Shown here: one piece after another, positions 1 to 14,000 of the stretch
Layout: each line of letters begins with the position of its first letter
Position numbering within the stretch: the stretch's first letter is position 1
Source: Eledone cirrhosa
Lineage: Eukaryota
NCBI GenBank assembly: GCA_964016885.1
Contig: OZ024743.1
Location: 172,360,001-172,424,000 of the forward strand
Length of the DNA: 64,000 nucleotides
Direction: 5' to 3'
Translations under genes and position numbers: made by a program
The notes under the pieces: generated by a model
Seen by the model: only the letters and a program-made list of their open reading frames with translations
Database searches by the model: none
What the model was told of the DNA's origin: nothing

Positions 1-200
1 GGCGTAGCTGCTCCGTTTTGTAGAGGTCGGCGCACCACATAACCACGGTGCCACCCTTGTCCGCCAGTTTGATAGCATGTCATCATGGATTCGGAGGGAG
101 CAGATGGCAGCGAGTCCCACCCAGTGGCGTATCCGGAAGTCGAACCGATTTACTACGCTGTGCCACGAATATGTCCAGGGTGCTGATCTGGCTGGGGGGG
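1..200 (-). pseudogene. Penelope-like element RT N-terminal fragment, degenerate and running off the window edge
   Basis: The reverse strand of 1-80 translates as HAIKLADKGGTVVMWCADLYK, matching the PLE IKPADKGGxVVxW motif; it is frameshifted upstream. Confidence 0.7.
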
Positions 201-1697
201 GGGGGGGGGCATCCCTTGTGATAGCTGTCGGCCTAGTTACAGAAAGCTGTAAGGGTAATTGGGTGAGGGCGGGGTGCGATGAAAGTACGTCTCTATTTTC
301 GTGCGGTACAGGAACCTTTCGACGTCGGTGCGAGTGCAGAGGTCGTAGCTGTGGGTTGTGAGGGGTACGACGCCTGGTATAGTAACAAGTTGTAGGTTAG
401 AGGGAGGTGTAGTACGATGGTGAGGAGAGTTGGTCATGGAATAGGTGGTGGAAGGAGAGGGTGTGGTTGTTGGGGTGGGAGTGTTATGAGTGTGGTTGGC
501 CGTGAGAGTGGGGAGAAGAAGAGAATTAAGTTTACGTCGTTTGGCGGAGGTAAAGAAGTTGAAAAGTAGGTGGTTGAGGTGATAGATGAAGAAGAGGATG
601 GAGTGTACGAGGAAAGGATGACAGGTGGAACAGAGATGAAGGAAAGTGTGTGGGTTGTCGTGGTCGAGGGTGCGGATCTACAAGGTGGAGCGGAGTGTGG
701 CACGCAGGTGAAGGTGGGAAGAAAGGGTGAGGATGGGGTCTATGTAGGTGGACGAGTAAGTTGTAGGGTGGAAATGGAGGCGGAAAACATGGAGAATGAG
801 ATGGGGTCAAGGCAGCAGCTGAGAAAGGTGATGTGAATGGAGTAGCGGGGTTTTTTAAGAGGTGAGAGAGTTAGAGTGTGGGCTGGATGAAGAAGAGGGA
901 GAGGGGTGAGGTACATGGTTAGGGAGGAGCAAAGGTGGTGGAGGAAAGATTTCTGGTTGGCAGGATGTCTTTTTAGGTAGAGGCACGTAGATAGTGAGTA
1001 GATAGATGCAAGAGGGAGAGTAAAGTAGGTGGTGGGTCCCGGAAGATTTGTGTTACGAATACAGTGCAGCCATTCCCGATTTTGAACTTACCTACCTGGA
1101 TTCTATCCATCTCGGTCTCCTCTAAACTCGAAAAACTCACCTCACTATTTCAATACACACCAACAACTACACATCTCTGCCAAACACACAGACTAGCATA
1201 CACACTCGCGCGCACATACACGAATGCGCCCAAGAGGACCTGGATGTGTGCCTGTATGTGCGCGCGCGGGCGCATGAGTACAAACATTTATATACACTTC
1301 CAATAACAATACACTTAACATCATCAACACACGCGAAAACGTATCGTAATATGCACCCAACCAACACACCCACACTCTGCACGTCTGCTACCCTTACCCC
1401 GACCTCCACACCTACACGCTGAACCACACTCCCACACACCACTAATACTCCTCCTCTGCCGCTCCTTTTTGTTTTTTGTTTTTCTTTCTAATTTTATTTT
1501 TAAAACAATTTTATTTCTATATTGATTTTTATTGTTATTTTCTTTGCACTTTTCCTTTTGTGTTTTTCCTGATAAAGGACAAATGCCCAATACGTTCACT
1601 ATGTAACTCATTCTACTTCCTCCAAGCGTGAAAATAATACACTTCATGTTATTGTATTCTCTTGTTTATTCGTTTCTTGTTTCTTGATATATATATA

Positions 1698-1913
1698 TGG
1701 TACACCGAGCACCTCCGTGACATCCGTCTCGGCTCGTGTTCCCCCATTGCCCGACACTTCTACTCAGCCGGACATTCCGCTCACAACTTGACCGTCTGCG
1801 GCCTGATTGCATGCCCAGGAACCCCAGATACCCGACTGAGAGCCGAGCAACAGACATGCCAACTACAGACATGCACCGCCCCCGGTTTGAACTCCACACC
1901 CTTCTGGCTTTAG
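1698..1913 (+). pseudogene. PLE GIY-YIG endonuclease C-terminal fragment
   Basis: EHLRDIRLGSCSPIARHFYSAGHS...RLRAEQQ...PGLN matches the PLE endonuclease C-terminus (EH..., PVARHF...H, R..E, P.GLN). Confidence 0.7.
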
Positions 1914-2277
1914 CCCCCGAATGACACCACTATCCACCATCGACCATCACCCACCCCTACCTTCCACTAATTCCAATAACCTACTACCATCAGCCCACTC
2001 AATACACACGCACCCTTTGCCACCCCACTAATACAACTAACCCCCTCATACTACCACCCTTTCCTTCACCCCCTAACCTACTAATAACCACACACATTTC
2101 CCCCACCTCGTCACCCTAATCCACTAACTCCCCACCATACACCTCACCCACGTCCCCTACAACCCTTACACCACAAAAACACACACGCACTTACACTCTA
2201 AACGCACACAGACACCAGTGTATACACTCAATTACGTGTATGTACACATCAAAACAGACTCCTCCCACACACATCAA

Positions 2278-2490
2278 CAATATCTCCTCGCATGTCCACC
2301 ACGCTTTCTACACACACATACACATAATACCATACACACATACATACACAAATGCCACTCTCTGCCACCTCCACCCATACAAACAGCGACCGACAGAACC
2401 CTTCCACATACACCGACAATACCTCCTGGCATGTCCATTACGCTTTCTACACACACATGCACATAACGCCATACACACATGCCACTGTCA
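2278..2490. repeat. Imperfect ~70-80 bp direct duplication in CA-rich low-complexity DNA
   Basis: caatatctcctcgcatgtccaccacgctttctacacacac (2278) recurs as caatacctcctggcatgtccattacgctttctacacacac (2417). Confidence 0.7.
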
Positions 2491-3399
2491 CCCACCTCCA
2501 CCCACACACACCTGCCTGTCTACACAGCTAACTACCCCTCACGCACTGATAGTGGCACTACCACTCTTACCCACCAAGTTCTATTTTGTTGGCACCATCT
2601 CCTCCCTTCCCACTCACACATTGTACCGCCGCCACCACCCTCTCCACCCCTCCTCTCACTCTTTCGATTTGGCCACTTTCAGTTGCGCACGCTACACTGC
2701 CATTTTCTCCTGCTTACTTGGAATTTACCTCACATTGAAATCAACCTCCTCTACCCTCGGATTTTTACCATCCACACACACACCAACATCCTTCCAGAAA
2801 CATAGACACACAGACACTTGCACCATTTCCTAATACATGGAACTACGCACCTTACACGAAGGCACATCACCTACAGACATACCACACATCCCTTCTTTTA
2901 ACCACACACTTGCACATTTACACATACACCCACACTTCACCCCACACCGCCTCCGGATTTGACACGATCTCATCTCATCCCATCTGTCCCCCTCTATCCA
3001 CACACACACACATACACACCAACATCCATATTGGGACTATACACGCAGAGACATACACTCCAGCCCAACACATACACACAATGGTTTTTCAAAACCTACA
3101 TTCATATACACTCGCTTCCTTCCAGACTCTCACACTTACTTCCACACATATACATACACACGTGCATCTGCACATACACACACACCTTACCTTCCGCCAT
3201 CCCCGCCCGGACTCTGATTTACTTGCTTCCTCCCATCCTTTCTCTCCCTCCTCTCACTTTCCCCCTCCACCCACCCAACAGACACTACCACACCCGTGCC
3301 ATCCCGCCCCTGTACACCTCTGCCACCCCCTTTATTTTCACTTTTTTTTAATTCTGTTTTTATTTATTTTTATTTTTTATTTGTTCAGCATCACAACCA

Positions 3400-3900
3400 C
3401 CCACACGCCAGGACATGTCGCAACAAAACACCAACAAACCCAAATCCCAGCCTTTCTCAAACCGCATGCCGAACTGCAACGAGGAACTTGCACACAGGAA
3501 GGCCTCCAAATGTAACTGCCACCTACTGGATAAATGCCCACTAAAGAATAGATGCCTAGCGTCAAGTATAGTATACCTATGCACTATCAAGTCTGGCAAC
3601 CTAGCATGACACTACATAGGTGCCACGGCTGGCGACTTCAAAAAAAGATGGTATGTGCATCGACACTCCATAAAAAACCGAAAACTTGATAATACAACAA
3701 CGTTGGCCAATAAAATCTGGCAGCTTAAGGATATCAATCAGGAATATGAGATTAGCTGGTCGAAATTACTGAATGCAAGGGCCTACAGAAAATGGAATGT
3801 TCCACTGTGGATTCTACAATATGGAGCTGCTCCATATTCTGCAATATAACAAAATGCTGCTCAATAGCAAGATCGAGCGAACAATCTTCTGTAGGCACAA
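3400..3900 (+). pseudogene. PLE GIY-YIG endonuclease fragment with CxC..CP...C linker (Nematis-like)
   Basis: CNCHLLDKCPLKNRCLASSIVYLC...*HYIGATAGDFKKRW..H...TTLANKIWQLK...ISW; contains a stop and frameshifts. Confidence 0.8.
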
Positions 3901-4464
3901 AGCCGCCACTAAATTCTCCAAATTCAAACCACGACAAGCATAATTCGACGCAGCGATCTCACCATCCGGATTAGAATATCTACTACACCGACGCACACGG
4001 ACCAACTTTATACTTCCTCGCTGTGATTAACTGTCAGTTGACCAATCGGACATTAAATCAATCTCGGCAATCCCTCAGCTTTTTATAGACACATCCTCTC
4101 ACGCATAACGTTTCCATCAATCCTCACACCCATTAAGATAAAACACTCAAATTACCCCAACCTTAATCACCCATCTGTTATCATTGTCTCTTTTACTTTT
4201 TATTCTCTATTTATCTATTTATCGTTTTCTGATTTTTACTTTTATATTTAAATTTTTGTTTTCGACTCCTAATTCTATATTTTTATCGTTTATTATTTTC
4301 TATCTCTATTTTTTATCACTTTTTATTTCGCCAATTTATGAATTTAATCCACTATATTAGAATGGCGTCAATACACCAGTTTGCGACAGACCAGTATTTC
4401 ATCTACCATATCTCTTCTTCCCTAACCTTTTTCATGTTATTATTATTGTGGTGGATTGGCCAAA

Positions 4465-4650
4465 GGGCGGTGGATTGGCAGTATCGGTAGAGAGTCGGAC
4501 TCCATGCTTTGAAGCATAGAGTTTCGTCCCTTTATGATCTGAGTTCAAATCCCGCCGAAGTTAACATTGCCTTTCATCCTTATGGGGTCGATAAAATAAA
4601 GTACCAGTAATGCACTGGGTAATTGCTGGCCTTGTGCCAAAAGTAGAAAC
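4465..4650 (+). mobile_element. tRNA-derived SINE with Meta-domain-like core and (ATT)n tail
   Basis: A-box-like tggcagtatcgg, B-box gagttcaaatcc, core gcctttcatccttatggggtcgataaaataaagtacc; close copies at 29036, 44915, 51485 and 54131. Confidence 0.9.
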
Positions 4651-4663
4651 AATTATTATTATT

Positions 4664-5960
4664 GTCCCTTGCTCCAGCCCATCTCTCACCAAAATGGAGC
4701 GCCTCCTGGTCCGCATTTTGTGGAAGGGACGCGCTCCCATGGTCAGACGATCCATCTGCTGTCAACACCCGTTGCGTGGAGGACTGGGCATGCCATGGCT
4801 GATGATGCGCAGACATGCGCTGAGGCTGCGACATCTCTGGTGCTTCCTTAATGGTGAACGGGTGTGGTCGCCGTTCGCCAGGCACGTTTTCCCACAGCTC
4901 GTCTCCTTGACGGAGCTGAAGTCCTGGGTCAGAAAAAGACCGAGGGATAGCGCTTGGAAACTGGAATGTCTCAGGCGCTCACTGCCCTCTGCCAGTTGGG
5001 CACCAGTATCGGTGGAACATCCACCTCAGCGTTCTATAGAGGAGTAGTGGAGGGGAAGAGCGACGGCATTCTCGGACAGATCCTGGGCGTTGAAGAAGAT
5101 CAGCTGTTTGCTCTCTTCCGGAGAACTTTCAGCCCAGGGCCTATGGATAACTTCCAAAAATCCCTGGCCTGGCAGTGCTACCGGGGAGCGCTGCCGGTTA
5201 GAGATAAGCTCTACAGGCACGGAAGTGCCGTCAGCCGAGCCTGTCCGAGATGCAAGCAGAGCGACGAAACCGTCGTGCACGCACTTGTTCAGTGCCCGAG
5301 CATTGCTGACTTGTGGAGCTATGTCGAACAGTTGCTGTCGCGTGTGGGACTGATCCGGTTGTCGACTGAGTCCATTGTGGAGATGGTCTCGCCGTCTTCC
5401 TTCGAGGAGGAAGGGCAGGCGGTTTTCATCTGCCTGGTGGCCATGGCGAAAGAGATTGTGTGGTGGACGAGGTTAAAAGGGTTAAAGACAGACACTTTCC
5501 TCTTCAGCGAATCCCCAATTAACTTTTTCAAGTTTTACTTGAAGAGGAAAATCAGGGTGGAGAGGCAAGTGCTGCCTTCTAGCAAGTTTGTTGAAAGGTG
5601 GGTAAATGTAGCGAGAATGGTCCGAGTGAACGGGACCACTCTGAATATACGTCTGTAGTTTGAGAAATGGAAAAATTGAGAAAGGGCGATTGCCCTGGTG
5701 GTCAGGGTGGCCGTGGTCTTTTGTGTGGTTTTCGCTACGAGTAACCCTCGGAGGTTTCCCCCCTATTTGGGAATTTTTCATTGTTTCAATTTTCATTTTT
5801 ATTGTTTATATATATATATGTTTCTATGTCCTTTTTTTTCTTTTCTTATATAAATAATAAAAATATTTACACGCACAAAACCCACATCGTACCGTCCTGT
5901 ACCGTCCTGTGCCGTCTGTAATCTTTTTCTTGATGTCAGCCCTTGTGGCCAATAAAGAAA
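4664..5960 (+). mobile_element. 5'-truncated Tx1-clade LINE (ORF2 C-terminus plus 3' UTR)
   Basis: Homologous to 20286-21524; C-terminal zinc finger CPRCKQSDETVVHALVQC; sits in the SINE's ATT tail and ends in (ATT)n. Confidence 0.92.
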
Positions 5961-5984
5961 TCATTATCATTATTATTATTATTA

Positions 5985-6207
5985 TTGTTCTTTGAGTCAC
6001 AGTCATTGATGTTAATTAACTGGAAAGTTTGTTGAAATGAATATCAAGCCACTACCTGCAGCCTCAGATATTCAGGACGTATCGGAGGGTTCTTGCTGTT
6101 CCCACAAGCATGCCTTTTGAAGCGTTCCAAAAAGCGTGGCGGGGCCAATTTTGTTTAACCAGCCCTGGAAACTTTTTTGAGATAGTAGCTAGTGCGCCTA
6201 TGACAAT
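5985..6207 (-). mobile_element. 3'-terminal fragment of R4/Dong family A, A2 subfamily
   Basis: Matches the 3' end of the copy at 44680-44902 (3' UTR ...gactcaaaga); flanked by TTA tracts. Confidence 0.85.
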
Positions 6208-6227
6208 TATTATTATTATTATTATTA

Positions 6228-9200
6228 CAGCTGCATTTATCTTGCTTTATATTCATACGAGTTATCACCAAGTCACAACCAGTGACCTCAAGAGACAGCA
6301 AGGTCCGTATCATTCCTAGAGCGCCTACAACCACTGGTATTGTTTTAGTTCTCAATTTCCACATTTTTCCAATTTCTATCTCCAGGTCCTTATACTTGTT
6401 CAATTTTTCAAATGTTTTTATAGATACATTCTTGTCTATTGGAACGGACATATCAATTAGCAGGCATACCCTCTTTTTAAAGTCCTTCAATATTATATCA
6501 GGTCTATTTGCATCTATTTTTCGGTCTGTTTGGATGCTAAAGTTCCACAAGATTGAGATGTGATCTTTTTCAAGTATGGGAGGTGGTTGATGCTCCCACC
6601 AATTCTTTTGATGGGGCAGGTCAAAATGCTTACACATTATCCAATGTATGTATTGTGCAGTTCTGTCATGCCTGTTTAGGTATTCGGTTGGAGCTATAGG
6701 ACTGCACATTGAAATTATATGGTCAATGGTCTCTGGTTGTTTTTTACATACACGGCATAATGGGCTGCATCCATTTTTTATTATGTTGGCTTGGTAATTT
6801 TTTGTTGGCAGACACTGATCTTGTGCCGATATAATCAGTCCTTCAGTCTCCGATTTCAGTCCAGAGGATGCCAACCACTGATGGGTTAACGTTTTGTCAA
6901 CATCAGGATTGTTAGCTCGTTCTGGGTATTTTCCATACAGAGGCTTTTCTTGCCATTTCTTAGCCAGTTTCTGTAGCAGTTCTTTCTTTGCAGTTACTTT
7001 TACCTGCTTTGCTTTTTCTGTGTTTTACATTTCAGCAGTAAATGGGACTTCTAAAATTTGTAGTCCATTTCTGTATCTTTGTGCATCTTTTGTAATGGAG
7101 TATGATCTTTTGATGCTTTCGTGTTTCAAAACGAGTTTGATCATCCAATCATGTGATTCCCTTAGATATGTAGATAATCCAATTGTTGCAGTTTTCAACG
7201 CAATGTCTAACTGGATTAACCCACGTCCTCCTTCTTTCCTAGGGAGATATATTCTATCTGTATCTGCCTTAGGGTGATGCATTCTGTGCATGGTTAAGAA
7301 TTTTCGAATTTTTGTATCGAGCCTACGGATCTCTGTGCTTGACCAGTTGATGACATTGTAACTGTAGGTTACTACTGGTATGGCAAGCGTGTTTATGGCA
7401 TCGATCCTATTCCTTGCATTCAATTCCGTTCTTAAGATTGATCTTACTCTGCGGTAACATTCCTTCCTTATCCTTTCCCTCATTGTCGAGTGCTTGATTC
7501 CGTCTCCTTCACAAACACCTAGATATTTGTAAGTTTCCTCTTGATCAAGTTCTCTTATCACATTCCCCCGATCAAGATTAATGTCTGAACTTTTCAGCAG
7601 CTTTCCTCTGGTGAACGTTGCTTTGGCGCATTTATCTAGTCCAAACTCCATTTTAATGTCATCACTGAACTGCTCCACAGTGGATAATAGCCCTTGCAAT
7701 TGTTCATCATTTTTTGCAAATAGTTTCAGGTCATCCATGTAGAACAAGTGATTAATGGTTTTGTCATAGACTTTATATCCATGTTTTGTTTCATTGAGCA
7801 TTTTACTTAATGGTATAAGTGCGATGCAGAATAAAAGCGGTGATAAAGAGTCAGCCTGAAAAATTCCACAATTAATATTAACTTCTCCAGCTTCCAGTGA
7901 TTTTGTTTCACTATTCAAAAGGAGTGTCGTTTTCCATGTCTTCATACTGAATGACAACGGCAGATATTTTGAAAATCTCTAAATATTTTTCAATCCAACT
8001 GTGTGGCAAACTATCGAATGCTTTTTTATAATCTATCCAAGCAATTGATAGATTTTTGTGTCCATTATGACAATCTTCCAGTATCATTTTGTTAACCAAA
8101 AGCTGATCCTTACAGCCACATGAGACTCGTTTACACCCTTTCTGCTCAATGGGAAATAGATCATTTGTTATCAGGTGGTCATATGTATATTCAGTTAGGA
8201 CTGATGTTAAAATTTTATACATTGTGGTCAAGCAAGTTATCGGTCTGTAATTTTTGGGATTGTTTGTCTCATCATTCTTTGGAACTAGGAATGTAATGCC
8301 GTTAACTTGCCATGATGGTATCTTTTCTGGCTCCTTAACTATTTCATTGTAAAGTTGGGCTAACAGCTCATGAGGCTCTGTGAAGGCATTTATCCAAAAA
8401 TTGGGTATTTTGTCTTGGGGATTTTGTCCTGGGGATTTCCATTTGCTGGTTTTTTCTTAGAGCCAAGCGCAACTGTTCAACTGTTATATTTGTTCCTCAA
8501 GGTGAGCTGTATCTTTCATTTGTCTGTCTATCCATGCGGCATGTATATTATGAACTTTTTCTTCGGCCCAGATCTTTTCCCAGAATTCTTGCACTTCCTC
8601 CTTGGGTGGTATTGATTTAGCAGTTATTGTTGCCTTACCAATTTTTCTGTAGAAGTTTCTTTGGTTGTTTTTGAACATATTATTGTCCTTATAGAATCTA
8701 GATCGTTCTTCAAAGCGTCTTATACGAGCAGCTTTGGCCGACACTTTTTGCTTGATTATTTCTATCAGTATGTCTATGTCACTTGTTGATTTTATACTGT
8801 GTTTTCTTTTCCATTTTCTAAGTTTAGTTTGTTTAACATGTTCACCTACTTTGTAGTTTGTTAAAATTTCTGTCAGATCGGAGAAGGTTTATCTGGCGAT
8901 TGATGTTCTCTTGCCAAGTAGATTTCTTGTGGGAATTCCTTTGGTTTGTAATTTTCACACCACATAAGTGAGTTGTGACTTTAGCTGATGCATAATAGAG
9001 ATGATTTAAATCAGTAATGTTTAGTTTGTTTGTGATGATAATGTTTTTGAGAATTATGTTAGTCTTGTGTATTATCTTTTGGTTCTGTTTGGAGTTCTGG
9101 ATCTTAGGGAGGGTGTCTCGTTCCCCCATGTCAGATTCTTTCATTTTCATCCATTCGATCATAATTTCATCCTTCAAGTTGGCAAGTTCATTCTCATTCA

Positions 9201-10908
9201 TTTCTTTATCACTTACGATCTCATTGTTTTCATTTTGAGTTTCATCTTGAGCATGCACTCCCTCCACTTTTTCGATCCTTTCTTTAATTTGTTCTGTTGT
9301 CAGTGATTCCGCCCCAATTTACCTCGTTTTCACTGACACATGTTTCGTTTTCCCTTCGCTGACTTTGTGCTAATAGCTTGATCTGCTCAATTTCTATATC
9401 AGTTAGTAACTTTTTTTTTACAGTATTTCTTCGTATATTGGCTAGTTTGTTACTGTCAATATAGCCTCTGTTTTCGGGATGTTTCTTTTTCCAGTTGATA
9501 TATGTCTGTTCTGTATTCGATGTATTTGATGGGTAGTACATTGAAGAAAGCCTTAAGAACTTCTTTATTGTATTCCCTTGACCATTTTTCTCTCTTTTTC
9601 TTTGGATTTCTTGGTGGTGAGCATGGAGGGCCAACAGTAGGAGTATTCCGGTTATGGGAGGTCTCCAGCTCCGAGGTGATGGTAAGGTTTGAACCATTAG
9701 CTGATTTTTCGACCCCAGTCTGGTTCCTCTCTGAGGGACGCGGCCCTTTTTGACCCGGGTGACGGCCGATCTGGTATGAGATTTTATCATTAGACATTTA
9801 CTTTATTTTGTCGCATTTTATCCTTATCCGCCAAGGGGTAATCATTTCGTGTTACCACTTCTAGAACGAGTGTCAACCAAGACTAGAGGGGTCGTCCTCC
9901 CCTAGAGACACGGCTATTCCCCGCCGGCCGCCATCCCGGTATTTCTTGGTCACGGGGTTTTCTTTTTTGTTGTTTTTTTAAATTGTTATTATCATGAGTG
10001 GTTCCTTAATGTGAGCATTGCGTGGCTTAAGAATGAAATTATTAATAATATAATATACTTTTTGCTGAAGTTGCCTGTTATTGTTGTTGGCTATGTCGGT
10101 GGTGGTGCTGGGGCTTTTTCTATTGTTGGTGGAGAAGGGGGAGCCAGCAGTGACATAGTCGTTGACGTTTGGCCGGTGGCCGGGTCACTAAGTCAATCTA
10201 TTTATATCTTTTGCTAGCCTCTCCCTTGTCTAGTGATACCGCCACCTTCCCCTTTCTTAAGTTAGAAGGTAATGGAGGAATAGTGGTGGTAGCAATGAAG
10301 GAGTGGTGGAGGCGGTGATGGGATAGTGGTAGCAATGATGGATGGAGTGATGGCGTTGTCGTTACTTAGTTTTGTTGAATAGACTGTAGTTTTGTTCGAT
10401 CTGTGTATCTATGCGTTTGTCGCGTATGTTTAATATATGTGTTGACATATTTTCTTAATATTGGAATTAAACATTTTGTGACAACTTGAGACAATAATAA
10501 TATTAATTATTATTATTATGCTGGGATTGGTGGTGGTGGTGGTGGTGGGGAAATTGCCGTTATCTGGCTGTTGTATTTAGTGTACACAGAGGGGTGATGT
10601 CATAGGTGGTGTATCTAGTTTGTGGTGTTGGTGAAATTGCTGTTATTTGTTCTATATAGTGTAGACAGAGGGGTTTTTTTTCCATTTGTAACCATTTTCT
10701 TTTTTGAATATAAAATGTATAATATAAAATTAAATATTTGAGCGATATAACAGGATATTATGGATCCGAATTTTTCGAGGCTTGGGTTTGTTGCTTTATG
10801 TATCATTTGCACTAAGAATTGTTATTTCACAATTGATTTAAATATGTTAAAAATCAAAAACTTACGGGAGCGATTTCATGACCTATCCACTACGTACGTC
10901 TTCTTCCC
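6228..10908 (-). mobile_element. Near full-length R4/Dong family B LINE with a frameshifted ORF (about 9797 to 6300) and 5' leader
   Basis: ORF pieces carry DYKKAFDS, IFQADSLSP (QGD mutated), FYMDDLKL, CRVC..H..C, RHD and RPD..D..K..KY (RLE); ~190 bp lost near 6308 relative to the 21618 copy; flanked by TTA. Confidence 0.92.
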
Positions 10909-11000
<92 letters not shown>

Positions 11001-11011
11001 GTTATTGTTAT
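10909..11011. repeat. (TTA)n microsatellite spacer
   Basis: Direct reading. Confidence 0.98.
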
Positions 11012-14000
11012 TCCTTGAATCTCAGTCATTGATGTTGGTTAACTGGAAAGTCCGTTGGATTTAATATCAAGCCACTACCTGCAGCCTCAGATATTCAGGA
11101 CGTATCGGAGGGTTCTTGCTGTTCCAAGCAAGCATGCCTTTTGAAGCGTTCCAAAAAGCGTGAAGGGGCCGATTTTCTTTAACCATCCCTGGAAACCTTT
11201 GGAGATAGTCCCCAGTGCGCCTATGACAATCGGGATCACTTTGACTTCATGGCAGTTCCAAATCCTTTTCACCTCCCACTTTAGGTCCTGGTATCGGTTA
11301 ATTTTCTCCCTCTCCTTCTCTTGCACTCTCGTGTCGAACGGGCAGGCCACATCCACAATCAGGCACGATCTTTTTTCTTTGTCCACAACCACCAGGTCAG
11401 GTCTATTGTGTTCCAGTTTTTTGTCCGTCTGTATCCTAAAATCCCACAGCACCTTCACCTGACTGTTCTCCATCACCGCCTCTGGCCTATGCTCATACCA
11501 TTTCTCAGAATGTGGTAGATTGTTTACTTTGCACAGGTGCCAGTGGATCACCCTGCCCATCACATCGTGTCTCCAGCCCTTATAGTGGGTCTGGGCTAGG
11601 TGTTTACACTCGGACACAATGTGAGCCACAGTCTCCTCTCTCTCTCCACAGATCCTGCACAGTGGGCTAGCCTCCTCCTTGTAGATATGGTGCTTCAACC
11701 ACTTCGTTTTGAGGGCCTGCTCCTGCGCAGCCATTAGCATTCCTTCTGTAGCCTTTTTGAGGTCTCCTCTTCTCAACCAGTTCCATGTCTGTGGATCTCT
11801 AAATTCAGTTTTCTCAAAGAAGGTACTATGAAGGGATTTTCCCTTAAGGCTGCTCTTCCTCCTTGATGTTATTTCCTCGTTGGACATCCCCTGGCCTATT
11901 GTCCCCTCCTTCAGTACAGTTCTGAGCATTGGCTCCTTACTATAGGTCACGTATTTGTATAGGTTGTTTTTCTCCATCTGAACACAGTCCTCTATGCTGA
12001 TAAGACCTCTTCCACCCTCAGATCTCCTTAGGTAGAGTCTATCGACATCACTCCTCTTGTGGAACATGTTGTAGATAGTCAATAGCTTCCTAGTCTTCCT
12101 ATCCATTTCTTTTTGTTCAGCAACATTCCATCTCAGAATTCCCGCACTGTACCTAATAATAGACACAGCTCGGGAATTTACTGCGCTTATGGCATTTCTG
12201 CTGTTCAGATGTGACTTCAATACGCTCCTTACTCTCCGAATGTATTCAGTTCTTAACAATTCCTTCATTTTTTTGTTCTTTATGCCATCAGCCTCCAGAG
12301 CGCCCAAATACTTGTATCCTTCCTCAGAGTCAATTTCCTTTATCATCTCACCTGTTGGTATCTGGATTCTGCTCAACCTACCCCTCTTCACCACAATGAC
12401 TCCACATTTACCAATACCAAACTGCATACATATATCACTGCTGAAAATACGGACAGTGTCAACAAGCACATCCAACTCCTTCTCACTTTTCCCGAAGAGC
12501 TTAAGATTGTCCATGAAGAGGAGGTGATTGATGGTAAGCTCTCCCCTTCCCAACTTGTATCCTGCTCTCACTTTTCGCAGCATAATGGTCAAGGGCATCA
12601 GGGCAAGGACAAACAACAGAGGGGACAGGCTATCTCCCTGGAAGATACCTCTCTTGATCTTCACGCTTCCCAAGGATACTCCAGTTGATGTCAACTCTGT
12701 CTCCCAGGACCCCATACTCCTGCCCAGCAACTGTCTGATGTTATCTGCCACCCTGAAGACCTCCAGGCTTTTGGTGATCCAGGAATGAGGCACCATGTCA
12801 AATGCCTTTCTGTAGTCTATCCATCCCATGGCAAGATCAGTGTGTCTCCTCCTGCAATTCCCCATTACCATCTTATCTATAAGCAACTGGTCCTTTGTAC
12901 CACGTGACTTCTTTCGGCATCCTTTCTGTTCGTCCGGTAACAAGTTGTTTGTGTGGAGGTGATGGTAGATTTCCTCAGACACAATGCTCGTCAACAGTTT
13001 CCACATTACGGGCAGACATGTGATAGGTCTATAGTTGGTAACATCATTACCCTTGATTCGGTCTTTCATTATCAGAACTGTGGTACCTTTTGTCAACCAC
13101 TCTGGCACCTCATCCGACACCAAGCAGTCATTGAACATGGCCGTCAGCTTCGGGTGGAGGGATGTTAAATGTTTAATCCAATACCCCTGCACACCATCTG
13201 GGCCTGGTGATTTCCAGTTGGTTAGTTTTTTGGCTTGCCCCTTAAGAGTTTCAACTGTGATACTCAAATCAGTCTGTTGTTGTGCCTTCTCACCGATCTC
13301 CCTCTGTACTGTCTCAATCCACCATGCCTGGGCATTGTGTCTAACATCCTGCTCCCATATTCCTCTCCAGAATGTTTTAGCTTGTTCCGCCCCAGGGATC
13401 AAGTCGTTGCCTCTTTCTTTCCCCTCAAGCTGTCCAAACAGCATCTTCTGGTTGTTGTCGAACATGCGGTTCTGTTTATACTGACTGACTCTGTTCTCGT
13501 ATCGCCTGATTTTGGCACTCTTTGCTACAATGCGTTGCTTCAATTCCTCTATGATAATATTTAGCTTTTTACTCCTAGTTTTGTATTTTATTTCCAGTCT
13601 ATTTTTAGTGCCTATGTTTTTTAGTGTCCCATTCAGTAGTGACTCAAGCTTTCCTATGTCATTTCTCATTTCCCCGATTTGCCCACTCAGTTGCTTCTTC
13701 CACCACGGCTCTGCTCTTTCTTGTCTGTTGTTTCCTCTCGCTTTTATACGAAGTAGTTTCCTCACCGTATTTGCTGTTGCTTTGAGGATATTGTTGCACT
13801 GGTGAAGACTCCTCGCCTCAAGGTATGGGATGACTTTGTTTACCTTAGCTGTTGTTTCTTTTAACTTTTTCCTGTCTACAAATCTTAGGTTCATAGGTCT
13901 CCCACTATCATTGTTCAATTCATCTACCACTAGATTTAGGATGTCAACCGAATCTTGTCCTAGCCCGTCAGCATTCATCTCCTCAGTGGCCGTATCTCTG

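Noticed and set aside
1565-1600. ctgataaaggacaaatgcccaatacg as a hammerhead
   Set aside because: Plausible pLTR relic, but too many core mismatches to call.
200-3400. His/Thr/Pro-rich ORFs (for example 2240..2833 and 2910..3515) as host genes
   Set aside because: They arise from CA-rich low-complexity sequence and have no domain motifs.
3607-3609. In-frame TGA before HYIG as a possible selenocysteine (some Naiad PLEs encode selenoproteins)
   Set aside because: It is not at a Cys position, the fragment has other lesions, and no SECIS is evident.
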